DNA from: Callorhinchus milii
Lineage: Eukaryota
Length of the DNA: 64,000 nt
NCBI RefSeq assembly: GCF_018977255.1
Contig: NW_024704750.1
Coordinates: 9,300,001 to 9,364,000 of the forward strand
Direction: 5' to 3'
The notes beneath the pieces were generated by a model. The model saw only the letters and a program-made list of their open reading frames with translations, ran no database searches and was not told where the DNA came from. Made by a program: the position numbers and the translations under genes. Positions 61,901-64,000 of this stretch are shown here, piece after piece (position 1 is the stretch's first letter; each line of letters begins with the position of its first letter).

Positions 61901-63931
61901 CCAAGCACATCAGGTAACCTGACTTCTTGCCAGGGGGGAGCAGGTAATATTTGCCTCTATTGAATTACAAGGATTTGTACATAACTCTCATCAATTTATC
62001 ATAATAATCCTTGCATTTGGTATAGCGCCTTATCACATCAAAATGCTTCACAGAAATGTTCAGTATAGTTCAGTAGCTGCATTCACATTCCTTAATATAG
62101 TTTAATTTTAAAATAGTTTTACTTAATACGTGGCACCCAGTTTGCACACAGCAGGGTCCTGGGAAGAGCCATGAAGTCGATGTCCAATTTTACCTGGAGA
62201 ATTATTGGCTAAGACACTGGGAGAAACTCCATTTTCTATTCAAATAATATCATGTGATCTTTAAGGTCCATCTGAACAGGCAGACAGAACATTAGTTTTT
62301 GATTTTTCTATATCCCAAGGGTTGCAGCACCAACAATGCAGCACTCTCCTAGCACAGCATTGAAGTGATAGCCTGGACTGAATCCAAAGTCCAAACATAC
62401 GGTTTAAACTCAAAACTTTCTGACTCAGGCAAGATTTTCTTTTTCAACTAGCCAGACTGACACATGATGGTGTGGACATCTGTGAAGCTCCCAATTCACA
62501 TAAATCCAGTTAGCAAGTAACTGGATTGTATTTGTGCTTCTGGCAGGTTGCACTGATGTTCAATATGCAGTCTGCCTGCTGCTACGGTGAATTGGTATTT
62601 ATGGAACGCTATCAACAAGTAATCAGTGAACTCGCCAAAGTAGAACAGAAAATGGAGAACACAACGACAGATAACCGCAAGCTAAGTGGAGGCGGCCGGT
62701 TTACACTTCAAGCCATCGGCAACGCTGCAGCAGCAGGTAATTCCTTTCGTGGTTTGGCAATTTGATTACGAATGCCTAAATTAGTAACACTTTTGTGACT
62801 TGATCAGACTAAACGGATCTAACGCTGCATTTTATAGTATTGGTGGGCACGTGTTTTGACCAGTTCATCCTGATGTCTTCTCTGTGTTCAGGTATGGTGT
62901 TTTACTCCATTTCTGATGTTGTGGATAAGCTGATTAATTCATCTGAAGGTGCTAATTCAGCACTGCTTGAGGATTTCTGGAAGAGTAAATTACAGATTGA
63001 ACCGAGTGATCCTCTCCGTGAGCTACTGGAGGACCTCAGTGCTGCTGCTATGGCTGTCTTTGACCTTGCTTGCACCCAGTGTCAGCTGTGGAAGACCTGC
63101 AAACAGCTGCTGGAGACAGCAGAAAGGAGACTCATGGCTACTTTTGAGACAAAAGTAAGAGAACGCTTTGTGCATTTGCATTCCACAAAAATTTTGAAGA
63201 GCCCAGGCTGACAACCTTTTTAGATTCATTTGAAATTCTCAACGAGAATAGCTCAGGTGTAAACTGTTCGGTTGAAGAATCCTTGAATGGATTTGATCTT
63301 GTGAAGATCAGTGTAGAAGCCTGCTATTGATTTATTTTTGTTTTTTTTTAAAAAAAGGACATCCAATGCTGGCATGTTAGACTAATTTTGAAGTGATTAT
63401 GTTGAGCTTCACAGTGAGTTTATCTGATGTTCCACTTCCAATGGATGCTTTAATAATAATTAACAACCGTTTGTGGGACATTGCTGTGCACAAATTGGCT
63501 GCTGTGTTCACCTCCAAAAAAAATGATAGTCATTACACTTTACAGTTTTGAGATATCTTTCCAACAAGAAGCACACAATATCAAATATAAGGATGATTAT
63601 TATAATAATTAACAATCTCATTTCACAGCATTTTTCATCAATTTTGAAACTCACTTTATCTAACACGATAATTATTCTCTGCTAGTTTTGTTGAAAATTG
63701 TAACCCAAAAGGACTGAGAAAAAGAATTGATATTCTGTTGACTGAGATTTCAGTTTTCTGCAATTCAGAAATCCAGTCCTGTTCACTTGTGTTACCTTGT
63801 GTGTTCTCCAGGTCGAAAGATTGATTCTGTTCGGTGCTACCCAGATGGAATTCAAGGTTTTCCTGCCGTCCTTCAGCAAATAAGTAAAATTCTAAACTGT
63901 TCCCACAGTTCACGAGGACCATCCAAACCTG
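52913..63931 (+). CDS. ZFYVE26: Spastizin (zinc finger FYVE domain-containing protein 26), N-terminal 16 coding exons; continues beyond the window
   Basis: Exons 52913 (or ATG 52898)-53103, 53429-53507, 53650-53739, 54083-54605, 55136-55266, 56597-56761, 57242-57330, 57803-57963, 58597-58794, 59203-59892, 60389-60481, 61183-61248, 61762-61913, 62547-62736, 62892-63154 and 63812-63931. MHPFGREEE...FFCESIRQGQWDLALACIPQL, AWKTAYFYC...KHFLEQ and FDLACTQCQLWKTCKQLLETAERRL match spastizin as recalled. The last junction has a phase mismatch (see findings). Confidence 0.95.
60043..60160 (-). mobile_element. SINE 3' fragment
   Basis: (AAT)nCCTTGCATTTGATAAAGCACC...CTCAAAGCGCTTCACAGAATATACTGTAA. Confidence 0.8.
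62001..62463 (-). mobile_element. Old full-length DeuSINE (SacSINE1/AmnSINE1-like)
   Basis: ATTGGCTAAGACACTGGGAGAAACTCC...GATCTTTAAGGTCCATCTGAACAGGCAGAC...GCAGCACTCTCCTAGCACAGCATTGAAGTG...TTCTGACTCAGG...CTGACAC resembles the recalled Deu-domain and SacSINE1 consensus. Confidence 0.65.
63465..63610 (+). mobile_element. SINE 3' half
   Basis: GTTTGTGGGACATTGCTGTGCACAAATTGGCTGC...ATATCAAATATAAGGATGATTATT. Confidence 0.7.
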
Positions 63932-64000
63932 GTAAAATAATGTTTGTTGGTCTTACAATTATATAAATCTGGGTATTTGAATGCAGCATTTATATTGCAC

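Overview
This is eukaryotic, intron-containing vertebrate DNA, and most entries in the ORF track are spurious. The repeat content (tRNA-headed SINEs with L2-type tails, a SacSINE1-like DeuSINE, CR1 and Penelope remnants) and the compact introns suggest a cartilaginous fish; this taxon call is inference. Splicing by hand gives six genes: the 3' end of PALS1/MPP5 (+), complete ATP6V1D (-), complete EIF2S1 (+) sharing a bidirectional CpG-island promoter with ATP6V1D, complete PLEK2 (+), a complete galectin-related (LGALSL/GRP-like) gene (-), and the first 16 coding exons of ZFYVE26 (+). The galectin-domain exons of the LGALSL-like gene are absent from the ORF track. Most notable observations: (1) the GRP-like gene keeps 5 of 7 canonical galectin sugar-binding residues; (2) a Penelope-type fold-back element with a minimal hammerhead ribozyme core lies in an EIF2S1 intron; (3) a perfect 35-bp inverted repeat; (4) CLEAR-type E-boxes at both lysosomal-gene promoters; (5) gene order differs from human 14q24; (6) a 1-nt phase mismatch at a ZFYVE26 intron. 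Comparisons to human proteins and repeat consensus sequences are from memory, not from database searches.
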